Below, in pieces: positions 28,391-36,972 of a stretch of 64,000 nucleotides of DNA. Under the pieces are notes generated by a model that saw only the letters and a program-made list of their open reading frames with translations, searched no databases and was not told the origin of the DNA. The stretch's first letter is position 1. Each line of letters starts with the position of its first letter. Both the position numbers and the translations under genes were made by a program. Source of the stretch: Candidatus Omnitrophota bacterium (GTDB lineage Bacteria; Omnitrophota; Gorgyraeia; Zapsychrales; Aceulaceae); NCBI GenBank assembly GCA_029564765.1, contig JAKQPK010000023.1, positions 163,640-227,639 on the forward strand, given 5' to 3'.

Positions 28391-29140
28391 TCAGCCCTTC
28401 AAAGAGGTGAACATCGGATCAAAACGCAGTCCTGCCTTGGCCAAAACATAGCGAAGGGTCGTGCGCAAGACCGCCAACCCATAGATAACGCTTCGTTGAA
28501 AACTGATCGAGGAACAATCCTGATTATACGAGCATGGCGCGCTGATCTCCCCGATACGGTAGCCAAAATAAAACACCTGCGTTAAGATCTCATTATCAAA
28601 AACAAAATCATCCGAATTCCTCGCAAGATCAACCCGCTCCAAAACTTCCCTGGAATACGCGCGAAAGCCGGTGTGATACTCCGAAAGCTTCTGGCCTGTG
28701 CAGACATTCTCAAGCGCCGTCAATAAACGATTAGCAACGTACTTATAAAAAGGCATGCCACCCTTAAGGGCGTAGCCTCCAAGAATACGTGAGCCCAAAA
28801 CCACATCGAACATCCCCGTAGCGATCAAAGACGCCATGGGTCCGACGAGCTTAGGCGGATATTGATAATCCGGATGCAGCATCACAACGATATCCGCGCC
28901 ACGCGCTAAGGCTTCTTTGTAGCAGGTCTTCTGGTTGCCGCCATAACCAAGGTTTTTAGGATGAACAACGACGGTCAATCCAAGTGTCCTAGCCAGCTCC
29001 ACGGTCTTGTCGCTTGAGCGGTCGTCAACGAGGATCACTTCATCAACGACATCCCGCGAGATCTCCGCGCAGGTGCGCTCTAAGGTCTTTTCCGCGTTAT
29101 ACGCCGGCAGGACAACAATGATCTTTTTGTTGGATATCAT
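28391..29140 (-). CDS. GT2 glycosyltransferase (DPM1-like)
   Basis: [36 protein letters not shown]. Confidence 0.9.
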   Translation of the reverse strand: MISNKKIIVVLPAYNAEKTLERTCAEISRDVVDEVILVDDRSSDKTVELARTLGLTVVVHPKNLGYGGNQKTCYKEALARGADIVVMLHPDYQYPPKLVGPMASLIATGMFDVVLGSRILGGYALKGGMPFYKYVANRLLTALENVCTGQKLSEYHTGFRAYSREVLERVDLARNSDDFVFDNEILTQVFYFGYRIGEISAPCSYNQDCSSISFQRSVIYGLAVLRTTLRYVLAKAGLRFDPMFTSLKG

Positions 29141-29321
29141 GGACGTTACTTTCTAACGATCTTTCCGGGCCGCGTAAAAGATAGACGCTGCCAGCCGCCA
29201 GAAGCTAATTGTTTGTGCTGGATCATCGCTAAATTTTCATCGAGCACAATATTTTCCCTAACGATCTTCATAGCATGGATTATAACGTATCAGGTCTGAT
29301 AAACCTATGACTTATTTTACT

Positions 29322-30593
29322 CTATTCTTGCAATTGTTTATGCAAAAGGATACGCTCCAGCGCCACGGCCACCCCCAGCATCACCCAAAACAGAACGCTC
29401 AGCTGCAAAGAATAAAGTTGCGTATCAAAGAAGCTGGCCACTAAAAACCCAAAAAGCCCCGCTGTCAGCCCGCCTAAAAGAATGCCCAGGTCATCATCCT
29501 TGCTCCTGAGGCTGATCCGTATCCCGCGATAAAGGACAAACCCTGCCAGCAACAAGAAAGTCAGCAAGGTGAACATCCCCGTCTCCGCCCACATCTGCAA
29601 ATAACAATTATGCGCGTAATGACTTCCGACGTCGCTTGCGATATCTTTCTTCGAGTGGTCCATATAGGTTCCCAAGCCTTTACCTAAGAATGGATTTTCC
29701 TGGATCATCGTGATGCTTTCACGCCAAATAATGAATCTTTCCGAATCCCATCCAGCGCGAAAAGAATACACAAGCCTCTGCGTAAAAGGAAAGAACAAAA
29801 GCAAGCTGAGAACAAAGACCGCAAAAAGAGACAGCAATAATTTCTTTTTATCAAACAAAAACATCATCACTACTGATCCAGCTACAAACCCCAACCATCC
29901 AGCTCTAGAAAAAGTAAAAAGAAGCCCGACCAACAAGATCAGTCCAACGCCCAACAAAGAAAAATTCAAAGCTTTTCTTGGCCATTTCCAAGATGCCAAG
30001 GCGATCACAACACACAAGCAAATGACCAAATAAGGCGAAAAGCTGTTCGGATTCTCAAAAGGGCCGGTCACAATACCTCCAGCGATAGGCCTTTGCCTGA
30101 AAAACTCAAACCCAAAGAATTTCTGGCTCAAAGCCGATAGCCCAACAAGCGCGGCGCCAAAAACAAAGACATAAATGAATCGTTTGATCGACCTTGCTCT
30201 TTTAAAATGATCGATAGCGATCGCAAAAAGAAGAAAATATTCTAACCACTTACAAAACAATGTCTTTATCCCCTTGCCCAACAATGGCCCGCTATTGGCC
30301 AGCGACATCGCGTTGAACACAAAAAAGATCAAAAGAAGCCAAAAGATCCCCGCGTCCGACTTAAAGCTCGAGAGATCTTTGCTGATGCTTTTGCGGATCA
30401 GAAACCCTAACAAAATAAAACCCGCGCATGTCTCTATCAAAGCTTTGGAGATCGGAAGAAAGAATATCAACCCATAAAAACCATACTCAACAAGTTTTCC
30501 GGCAATATTGGCAGCTCGAAAGCGATCCATTCTCAAGAATTCCCGAATGCGCGTCATTGCTGACCGTTGATATCCTAAATCGTTATTATTCAC
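29322..30593 (-). CDS. O-antigen ligase family (Wzy_C/WaaL) protein
   Basis: Multiple TMs; GPFENPN, TFSRAGW, ENPFLGKGLG, AHNCYLQMWAETG. Confidence 0.88.
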   Translation of the reverse strand: MNNNDLGYQRSAMTRIREFLRMDRFRAANIAGKLVEYGFYGLIFFLPISKALIETCAGFILLGFLIRKSISKDLSSFKSDAGIFWLLLIFFVFNAMSLANSGPLLGKGIKTLFCKWLEYFLLFAIAIDHFKRARSIKRFIYVFVFGAALVGLSALSQKFFGFEFFRQRPIAGGIVTGPFENPNSFSPYLVICLCVVIALASWKWPRKALNFSLLGVGLILLVGLLFTFSRAGWLGFVAGSVVMMFLFDKKKLLLSLFAVFVLSLLLFFPFTQRLVYSFRAGWDSERFIIWRESITMIQENPFLGKGLGTYMDHSKKDIASDVGSHYAHNCYLQMWAETGMFTLLTFLLLAGFVLYRGIRISLRSKDDDLGILLGGLTAGLFGFLVASFFDTQLYSLQLSVLFWVMLGVAVALERILLHKQLQE

Positions 30594-31869
30594 GACCTAA
30601 AACCTTTTCATTGATACCCATGGCCATAAAAAGCCAGAACATAGCCGCATCCTGAAACCCCACAAGGATGCTCGAGATACCTAAGTTACAAAGCAGAACA
30701 ATAAAAATAGCAGATCCTAACCCTGCAAAAATAGAATATTCAAGGCTTCCCTTTCTTAGCCAAGACAGAAAATCATTGAAAAACTTTTTTAAGAACATCG
30801 TAATGATCATAAAAAAGGCCAGAAGACCAGCCAAGCCCATCTCAGAGAGGATCTCAAGATAAATGACATGCGTGTGAATGTGAGGATCACATCCAGGGCC
30901 AGGTTTGTGCAGTTTCTCGAACATTCCCGGTCCGGCACCAAGGAGAGGTTGTTTTTTGAACATCGCAAACGCGGAATTTGCCAGATCTATACGCTGATGC
31001 AGAGATTCGATGCGTGGGTGAACGGCGGGCTGGTCGGCAGTGCCTTGCGATTCATAGGAAGCGAGCGCCGGAAAAACGTCCAAAACGGTTTTTGCCCTCT
31101 CTTTTTGAAGACTCGACATAAACGCTGGTGTCGCGATAACCACGGCTAAGAAAAAAAAGAAAGATCTTCTGTCCTTAAGAAAGCAGATCAACAAAGCAAC
31201 AGGGATGATGACGATCCACACTGTCCTTGACGCGTGAAAGACCAAAACAGGATAAAGCAAAACGATATTGACCAATCCCCATAATTTAAAAAATTTTTTT
31301 TCCTGATTAAGAAAAACAACCAAACTAAAAGGAAAAAGAAAGCACAGATAAACCGCCAGATTGATCTGCTGTCCAAAGACACTAAAGAGTCTCTCTGGGG
31401 CAAGTCTAAAATGATCGAACAACCCTCCCGCTCCAACGATCGTTGCCAAAGCAAGGATCGAAAATGTGAGATACAAAAAATTCTGCCGCGATCGTGAAGT
31501 AACGCCATACGTGATCCAAAAGAAAATGACATAAAAAAGATACCTTTGAAAAAAGATCTTCTGGCTATGATACGGATCAACGCTGAACAAAACGGATGCC
31601 AAGGCAACGGCAAGGAACACAGCCAAACTTTTATTAAGGGTTGTGCTTGGAATAAGATACCGATAAAATTTACTTCGATACTGGACGATGTTTAAGCTGA
31701 TCCAAAAAAGCGAACTCCAAAAAAAAGAGATCTTAGAAAAGACAGCGCTAAATGGACTAAAAAGGACGAACGAGCAAATATTCAAGACAAGCGCTTTTTC
31801 AAGGAATCCAGCCAAAACAATTCTTTTTTCTAAAAAAAAATCGCAAGCCGACCTAAAAAATCCTGTCAT
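30586..31869 (-). CDS. O-antigen ligase family (Wzy_C/WaaL) protein, second paralogue
   Basis: Multiple TMs; ASRTVW, QPLLGAGPG, HTHVIYLEILSEMG; start moved to ATG 31869. Confidence 0.85.
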   Translation of the reverse strand: MTGFFRSACDFFLEKRIVLAGFLEKALVLNICSFVLFSPFSAVFSKISFFWSSLFWISLNIVQYRSKFYRYLIPSTTLNKSLAVFLAVALASVLFSVDPYHSQKIFFQRYLFYVIFFWITYGVTSRSRQNFLYLTFSILALATIVGAGGLFDHFRLAPERLFSVFGQQINLAVYLCFLFPFSLVVFLNQEKKFFKLWGLVNIVLLYPVLVFHASRTVWIVIIPVALLICFLKDRRSFFFFLAVVIATPAFMSSLQKERAKTVLDVFPALASYESQGTADQPAVHPRIESLHQRIDLANSAFAMFKKQPLLGAGPGMFEKLHKPGPGCDPHIHTHVIYLEILSEMGLAGLLAFFMIITMFLKKFFNDFLSWLRKGSLEYSIFAGLGSAIFIVLLCNLGISSILVGFQDAAMFWLFMAMGINEKVLGRE

Positions 31870-32075
31870 GCAACCCCCTTTAACAATATCTTCCTCAACT
31901 TCCAGGCTTAGCAATAACGACAAGGATCGTCCTTGCCAAGATCTTAATGTTCAACAATAAAGTTCGACTCCGAATATAGAGATAATCATAGCGCAGTTTG
32001 TGCCGCGGCGCTGTATGATAATCTCCCTCTATCTGTGCCAGGCCGGTCAGCCCCGGCACGTGCTAAGGCAGGACT

Positions 32076-33911
32076 CTAATCTATAGCGTCCGATACGATC
32101 TGCTGTAGAAGCTCCCGAACCTTTTTGTGATCATATGCTTGCGCGCAAGCCAAAAGGCCGCGGATCTTCTTCCGTAAAGCTTTTATATCAAAAGTATCCG
32201 CGGGGGCGACAAAGATCTTGTCGTATTTTGTTGCCGCGTCCAGCTCTCTGTTCAAGAACAGCTCCTCTTTAAGCTTTTCCCCTGGGCGAAGCCCAACAAA
32301 TGAGATCTGGATGTCCTTCTCCGGAACAAGGCCGGAAAGAATGATCAACTCTTTTGCCAGGTCAACTATTTTGATCTGCTCGCCCATGTCCAAGACAAAG
32401 ATCTCTCCGCCCTGACCGATCACGCTCGCCTGCAAAACAAGCAGAACCGCCTCATGAACGCTCATAAAGTACCTTTGGGCCTGCAGATGCGTGACCGTGA
32501 CCGGGCCGCCCTCTTCAATTTGCTTTAAAAATAACGGGACAATGCTCCCCGCGGAACCAAGGACATTGCCAAAACGAACAGCCATAAATTTCGTCCGGCT
32601 CTTCTTCGCCTTAGCCTGCAAAAGCATCTCGGCAACACGCTTGGTAGCCCCCATCACGCTGGAGGGATGGACAGCCTTATCCGTCGAGATCAGAATAAAG
32701 CGTTCGACCCTATAGTGATGCGAGGCATAGATCAGGTTGCCTGTACCTAAAACATTATTCTTAACGGCCGCGGCAGGATTTTCCTCTAATAGCGGAACAT
32801 GCTTATGCGCGGCGGCATGAAAAACAACCTGAGGCTTATAACGAGAAAAGGCATGCTTGAGCACGCCAACGTCCTTGATATCCCCAATAACAGTTGTAAA
32901 ACGAATATGAGGATGTTTGGTAAGAAAATCGATCGTTAAGAAATATACGTCATTCTCATTGTGATCAAACAAGATGATCTCTTGGGGTTCAAAACGCGCG
33001 ATCTGCTTGCATAAAGCCGATCCGATCGATCCTCCCGCGCCCGTGACCAAAACGACCTTGCCCTTAAGATACGTGCTGATCGTCTGCTCATCCACGTGAA
33101 CGGTTTCTCTGCCGAGGAGATCTTCAGGCGTGATGGCCCGAGGCTTTACCTCTTGCTCACCGCTTAATATTTTTTGCAAGCCTGGGACAATGCGGATCTT
33201 AATGGACGGGATCTGACAGCATGAGATAATGCTGCGGATCTCTTCACCCTTGGCTGAAGGAATAGCCAAGACGATCTCTTCGACCTCATAACGCTCAACA
33301 AGAGCCGGGATATCATGGCGCCCACCCAGGATCCTAACACCTTGAATACAAAGATTCTTTTTATGCGGATCATCATCAACAAAGCCTATGACATCAATAT
33401 TTGCCTGAGGGTTGTTGCGCGCCTCGCGTAACACCAAAACGCCTGCCTCGCCAGCGCCAACGACCAAGACCTTTTTTCTCTTCCTGGTGAACATGGGACG
33501 AAATCGTTCACGAAAAAAACGAACCGCGAAACGGACCCCGGCCATTAAAAAAAAGCTGATGATGCAGTCTAAGACGATGACCGAACGAGGAAGGCCGGTT
33601 CTTGGAAAAAACAATTTTAACCCTGCAACAAAAATGATGGTCGATAAAAAATTGGCCTTGGCAATTCTCCAGATATCATCGATGCCGGCATATTTCCAAA
33701 GCCCTGAAAAAAGACTGTGGTACGCAAGAAGCAGGAATTTAATGATCAAAAGAAACGGAAGGGTTCGCCAGATCACCGGCCAATACCCGTGATCAAGCTT
33801 GAAATCAAACCGTAGATAAAACGCTAAAAGATAGGCAGCAAGAACCAATATCAAATGAAGAAAAATGGCCAAAGGCCGCCTGAATTTTAGGATCAACGCC
33901 TTGATATGCAT
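32076..33911 (-). CDS. Membrane-anchored UDP-GlcNAc 4,6-dehydratase (PglF/CapD/WbpM family)
   Basis: Four TMs, VGAGEAG, TGAGGSIG, HAAAHKHVP, STDKAV, RFGNVLGS. Confidence 0.93.
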   Translation of the reverse strand: MHIKALILKFRRPLAIFLHLILVLAAYLLAFYLRFDFKLDHGYWPVIWRTLPFLLIIKFLLLAYHSLFSGLWKYAGIDDIWRIAKANFLSTIIFVAGLKLFFPRTGLPRSVIVLDCIISFFLMAGVRFAVRFFRERFRPMFTRKRKKVLVVGAGEAGVLVLREARNNPQANIDVIGFVDDDPHKKNLCIQGVRILGGRHDIPALVERYEVEEIVLAIPSAKGEEIRSIISCCQIPSIKIRIVPGLQKILSGEQEVKPRAITPEDLLGRETVHVDEQTISTYLKGKVVLVTGAGGSIGSALCKQIARFEPQEIILFDHNENDVYFLTIDFLTKHPHIRFTTVIGDIKDVGVLKHAFSRYKPQVVFHAAAHKHVPLLEENPAAAVKNNVLGTGNLIYASHHYRVERFILISTDKAVHPSSVMGATKRVAEMLLQAKAKKSRTKFMAVRFGNVLGSAGSIVPLFLKQIEEGGPVTVTHLQAQRYFMSVHEAVLLVLQASVIGQGGEIFVLDMGEQIKIVDLAKELIILSGLVPEKDIQISFVGLRPGEKLKEELFLNRELDAATKYDKIFVAPADTFDIKALRKKIRGLLACAQAYDHKKVRELLQQIVSDAID

Positions 33912-34000
33912 AAGGTTATATTATATCCTTTTAGAAAATTATCAACTATCTTGAATGTAAAAATATGCACATCTATGCTTCACCTACACCCCAAGGATCA

Positions 34001-34119
34001 AATACTAAACACTAAATCCTGAATACTAAATACCAGATACTATATACCAGACACAAAACTCTAAATTCTAAACTCTAAATACTGCATACTAAATGCTATA
34101 TACTCTCTACTCCATCCTC
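34001..34119. repeat. Array of 17 degenerate 7-bp tandem repeats (consensus AATACTA)
   Basis: aatacta aacacta aatcctg aatacta aatacca gatacta tatacca gacacaa aactcta aattcta aactcta aatactg catacta aatgcta tatactc tctactc catcctc. Confidence 0.9.
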
Positions 34120-35165
34120 TATTCCTCTTCATAAAGCTTTGCATACCCCCGCTCAAGAAGCTCCTGATTAAGATAGGTTCCCTGTTGGGCCACGATCTCG
34201 GGATCTTTTTCCGTTAACGAGTAAAAGATGTCCGCCAAATACCTGCCGTATTTATCTTCCCTGTATGTCTTGCAAACAACACAATCAACCTTGTTAAAGA
34301 TCTCTTGCACATATTCTTTGGCCGCCATGCCTAAAACGGTTGACACCTCCGGCGCGTCAATACCGCGCAGGCGCAATTTTTGTTCGATCCACGAATCAAA
34401 TCCCAGATCAACATACAAAACCAAGGTATCCGCGTCCACGATCTTAACAATAGTGGCTTTATATGTGTATAGATACTCTGGATGTTTTGTGGCCCGTCGG
34501 ATAGAATAACCCTCTTTGTCCTTATAAGACGTCACGGGCACAGGACTTCGGTTTGTCTGCCAGTCAGGAATATCCACTTTGCGCAAGATCCCAAAACCCA
34601 TATCCACAAGGGCCTGACGCGGTTGACATGAGATATCTTTACGGAACAAGCACCGATAACGATAAAGCTTGCCGCGCACACAAGCCAGCTCTCCGGGCTT
34701 GGCTAAGGCCGTAAGCTGGCCCGCCTCTTTTTTCTTTTCCTGGGTGATCTTATCCATAAAGATCAGCTGATATAATTTTTGGGATGACAACCCCTCTCTG
34801 ATCGCCTGCTGTTCGAATCGCTGACGCTGACGCGCGTCATCAACGCGGATCAGATCGGAATAATGGCTCCAGGTCAAAGGTGTTGTCGGCAGAGAGGGAT
34901 AAAAACGGTAAAATTTGGATAGATCGTAGAAAAAACTTGTTGGGCGCTCCAGGTCTTTAGACAGCCGCTCGATCATGCGCGCGCGCTCGCTGCTGTTCTC
35001 AAAATCGCCCGCGAAGGGCTCTTCCAGGATCTTTCCGATATTCCAATGGGTTTGCAAGACTTGCAGGCGGTAGGATTCCTCGATATTGCGCTTGCCCTCT
35101 AAGATCTGCTGCTGGATCTTTGTGAGGATCTCTCGATAAAAATGATTAGAAAGGATCTTGGTCAT
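34119..35165 (-). CDS. DUF1016/YhcG N-terminal domain fused to staphylococcal-nuclease-like (thermonuclease) domain
   Basis: N-terminal HWNIGK...RLSKDL...FYRFYP...LTWSHY; C-terminal KIVDADTL, RLRGIDAPE, DKYGRYLA, LNQELLERGYA. Start ATG 35165 preferred because the ORF-track start at 35201 lies inside the repeat array. Confidence 0.85.
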   Translation of the reverse strand: MTKILSNHFYREILTKIQQQILEGKRNIEESYRLQVLQTHWNIGKILEEPFAGDFENSSERARMIERLSKDLERPTSFFYDLSKFYRFYPSLPTTPLTWSHYSDLIRVDDARQRQRFEQQAIREGLSSQKLYQLIFMDKITQEKKKEAGQLTALAKPGELACVRGKLYRYRCLFRKDISCQPRQALVDMGFGILRKVDIPDWQTNRSPVPVTSYKDKEGYSIRRATKHPEYLYTYKATIVKIVDADTLVLYVDLGFDSWIEQKLRLRGIDAPEVSTVLGMAAKEYVQEIFNKVDCVVCKTYREDKYGRYLADIFYSLTEKDPEIVAQQGTYLNQELLERGYAKLYEEE

Positions 35166-35196
35166 GAAAAAAGATCTGTACTGCTCTCCTTTACAT

Positions 35197-35245
35197 AACA
35201 CAAAACACTAACTTCTAAGCTCTAAACACTAAATACCATGTACTT
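35197..35245. repeat. Array of ~7 degenerate 7-bp repeats, same family and orientation as 34001-34119
   Basis: aacacaa aacacta acttcta agctcta aacacta aatacca tgtactt. Confidence 0.8.
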
Positions 35246-35287
35246 TTCATGCTTTGCTGTTCACATTTCACTCTTTGCAAGCTTCTC

Positions 35288-35848
35288 TTAATGCCGCACG
35301 CCCTCCTTTTTCACAACCTTCCAAGCGGTGAGAAAAAGAATACGCAGATCAAGCCAAAAACATCGATGCTTAAGATAATATTCATCAAAAGAAACTTTAA
35401 CGGGAATAGGTAGGTCATCTCTGCCATTAACTTGAGCCCAGCCTGTTATACCTGGAACAAGAACATGTACACCCTTCTTCGTGCGCAAGGCCACCAGATC
35501 ATCTTGGTTGAAAAGTGCTGGCCTGGGCCCCACAAAACTCATATCGCCTTTTAAAACATTGAATAATTGCGGCAATTCATCGAGGCTGTATTTGCGCAAA
35601 GCTTCTCCTCCGGGGATCAGATACTGCTGCGGATTCTCCATCAAATGCGTTGCCACTTGAGGTGTATCGATACGCATCGTTCTAAATTTAGCCATTTTAA
35701 AGATCACATTATTACGGCCAATGCGGTCTGTCCAGAAAATGGCAGGACCTTTGGACCTCCCCTTGATCCATAACGCAATGACGATCATAGGGACAGCAAG
35801 TAATATGATTAAAATTACAGATAAAATTAAATCAAAGAAACGTTTCAT
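35288..35848 (-). CDS. Initiating polyprenyl-phosphate sugar-1-phosphate transferase (PglC/WcaJ family)
   Basis: KRFFDL, KFRTM, SLDELPQLFNVLKGDMSFVGPRP, PGITGWAQVNGR. Confidence 0.95.
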   Translation of the reverse strand: MKRFFDLILSVILIILLAVPMIVIALWIKGRSKGPAIFWTDRIGRNNVIFKMAKFRTMRIDTPQVATHLMENPQQYLIPGGEALRKYSLDELPQLFNVLKGDMSFVGPRPALFNQDDLVALRTKKGVHVLVPGITGWAQVNGRDDLPIPVKVSFDEYYLKHRCFWLDLRILFLTAWKVVKKEGVRH

Positions 35849-35862
35849 GTTTATTGAAAGTG

Positions 35863-36972
35863 TTATAAGCTTGCCCGGCTACAATACGCATCTATAACTA
35901 ATTTCTCATTATATTCCTTAATTATTTTAGATCGGCCTCTTTTTCCCATTTCGATGCGTTGAGTGGGCGACATTCTGACCATTTCCTCCATTGCTTTAGA
36001 TAAATCATCCACATCCCTTGCTTGAACTAAAAATCCAGTCGACTCTTCTTCAACAACATCTCGACAACCAGGTACATCGGTGGCAATAACGGGTAATTCC
36101 ATCGCAGCTGCTTCCAACAAGGACCTTGGAGTTCCCTCTCGATAAGAAGGAAGAACAACGCAGTCACAATTTTCTAGATACGGCCTAACATCATCGGTAT
36201 TTCCTAAATATTCAACAATCCCTTCCTTCTGCCATTCTTGAACCTGGATCCTACTGATACCAGCTGGGTTTCCTTCATCGATCATACCGAGAAAACCAAC
36301 CTTAACAAAAGGATACTTTTCTCGCAAAGCTCGAATAGCTGCAATGAGCTCGCCTATTCCCTTGTCCCATAGGATTCTCCCCAGATAAAGAAAAGCAAAG
36401 CTTTCTTTAGCAAGTGCAGGGTCTTGCCTATTATTACGTCTGAAAAAATCCACATCAACTCCAGAACCGGCAACTAACTGACATTTCTTGGAGTTAATCA
36501 ATCTTTGACTCACAAAAAGATTTAGGTCGTCCTTGTTCTGAAAAAATGTCTTCTTGGCGCAAAATCCTGCTACCTTGTAAAACATTTTCACAATTTCAGA
36601 TAAAAATGTTTTTCTAATAAATAAATATCCCAAGCCTGAGATAGTATTAATGCAACGACAGCGAGAAAAAAAAGCAGCCATAGATCCATAAATATTTGGC
36701 TTAATAGAGTTGTGGTAGATCCAATCAGGCCTCTCTTTTATATATATCCTAATCAAAGAAAAGAATAAAAGCAGATCTTTAAAAACATTTATACCTTTCC
36801 GATCTAAAGAAATCGGGATGTACCTAAAACCCATTTGTTCAAGTCTTGAAGTATAGTCATCATGCACCGCGCAGAAAACGACTTCATGTCCACGCTTTTT
36901 GACTTCCATCATCAATCCACGACGGAAATTATAAAGACTCCATGAAAGATTAGAAACAAAGAAAATTTTCAT
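35863..36972 (-). CDS. GT4 glycosyltransferase (PglA/CapM-like)
   Basis: NFRRGL, KPNIYG, FQNKDD, LPSYREGTPRSLLEAAA. Confidence 0.92.
   Translation of the reverse strand: MKIFFVSNLSWSLYNFRRGLMMEVKKRGHEVVFCAVHDDYTSRLEQMGFRYIPISLDRKGINVFKDLLLFFSLIRIYIKERPDWIYHNSIKPNIYGSMAAFFSRCRCINTISGLGYLFIRKTFLSEIVKMFYKVAGFCAKKTFFQNKDDLNLFVSQRLINSKKCQLVAGSGVDVDFFRRNNRQDPALAKESFAFLYLGRILWDKGIGELIAAIRALREKYPFVKVGFLGMIDEGNPAGISRIQVQEWQKEGIVEYLGNTDDVRPYLENCDCVVLPSYREGTPRSLLEAAAMELPVIATDVPGCRDVVEEESTGFLVQARDVDDLSKAMEEMVRMSPTQRIEMGKRGRSKIIKEYNEKLVIDAYCSRASL

Noticed and set aside
31140-31860. A/T homopolymer runs in the ligase gene as phase-variation tracts
   Set aside because: Runs of about 8-9 nt are common in Phe/Lys-rich low-GC membrane genes, and the frame is intact.
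31985-32019. ATCATA-GCGC...GCGC-TG-TATGAT hairpin as terminator or ncRNA
   Set aside because: Large loop, no U-tract, and no other support.
34001-34119. CRISPR array
   Set aside because: Contiguous 7-bp units with no spacers, and no cas genes in the window.
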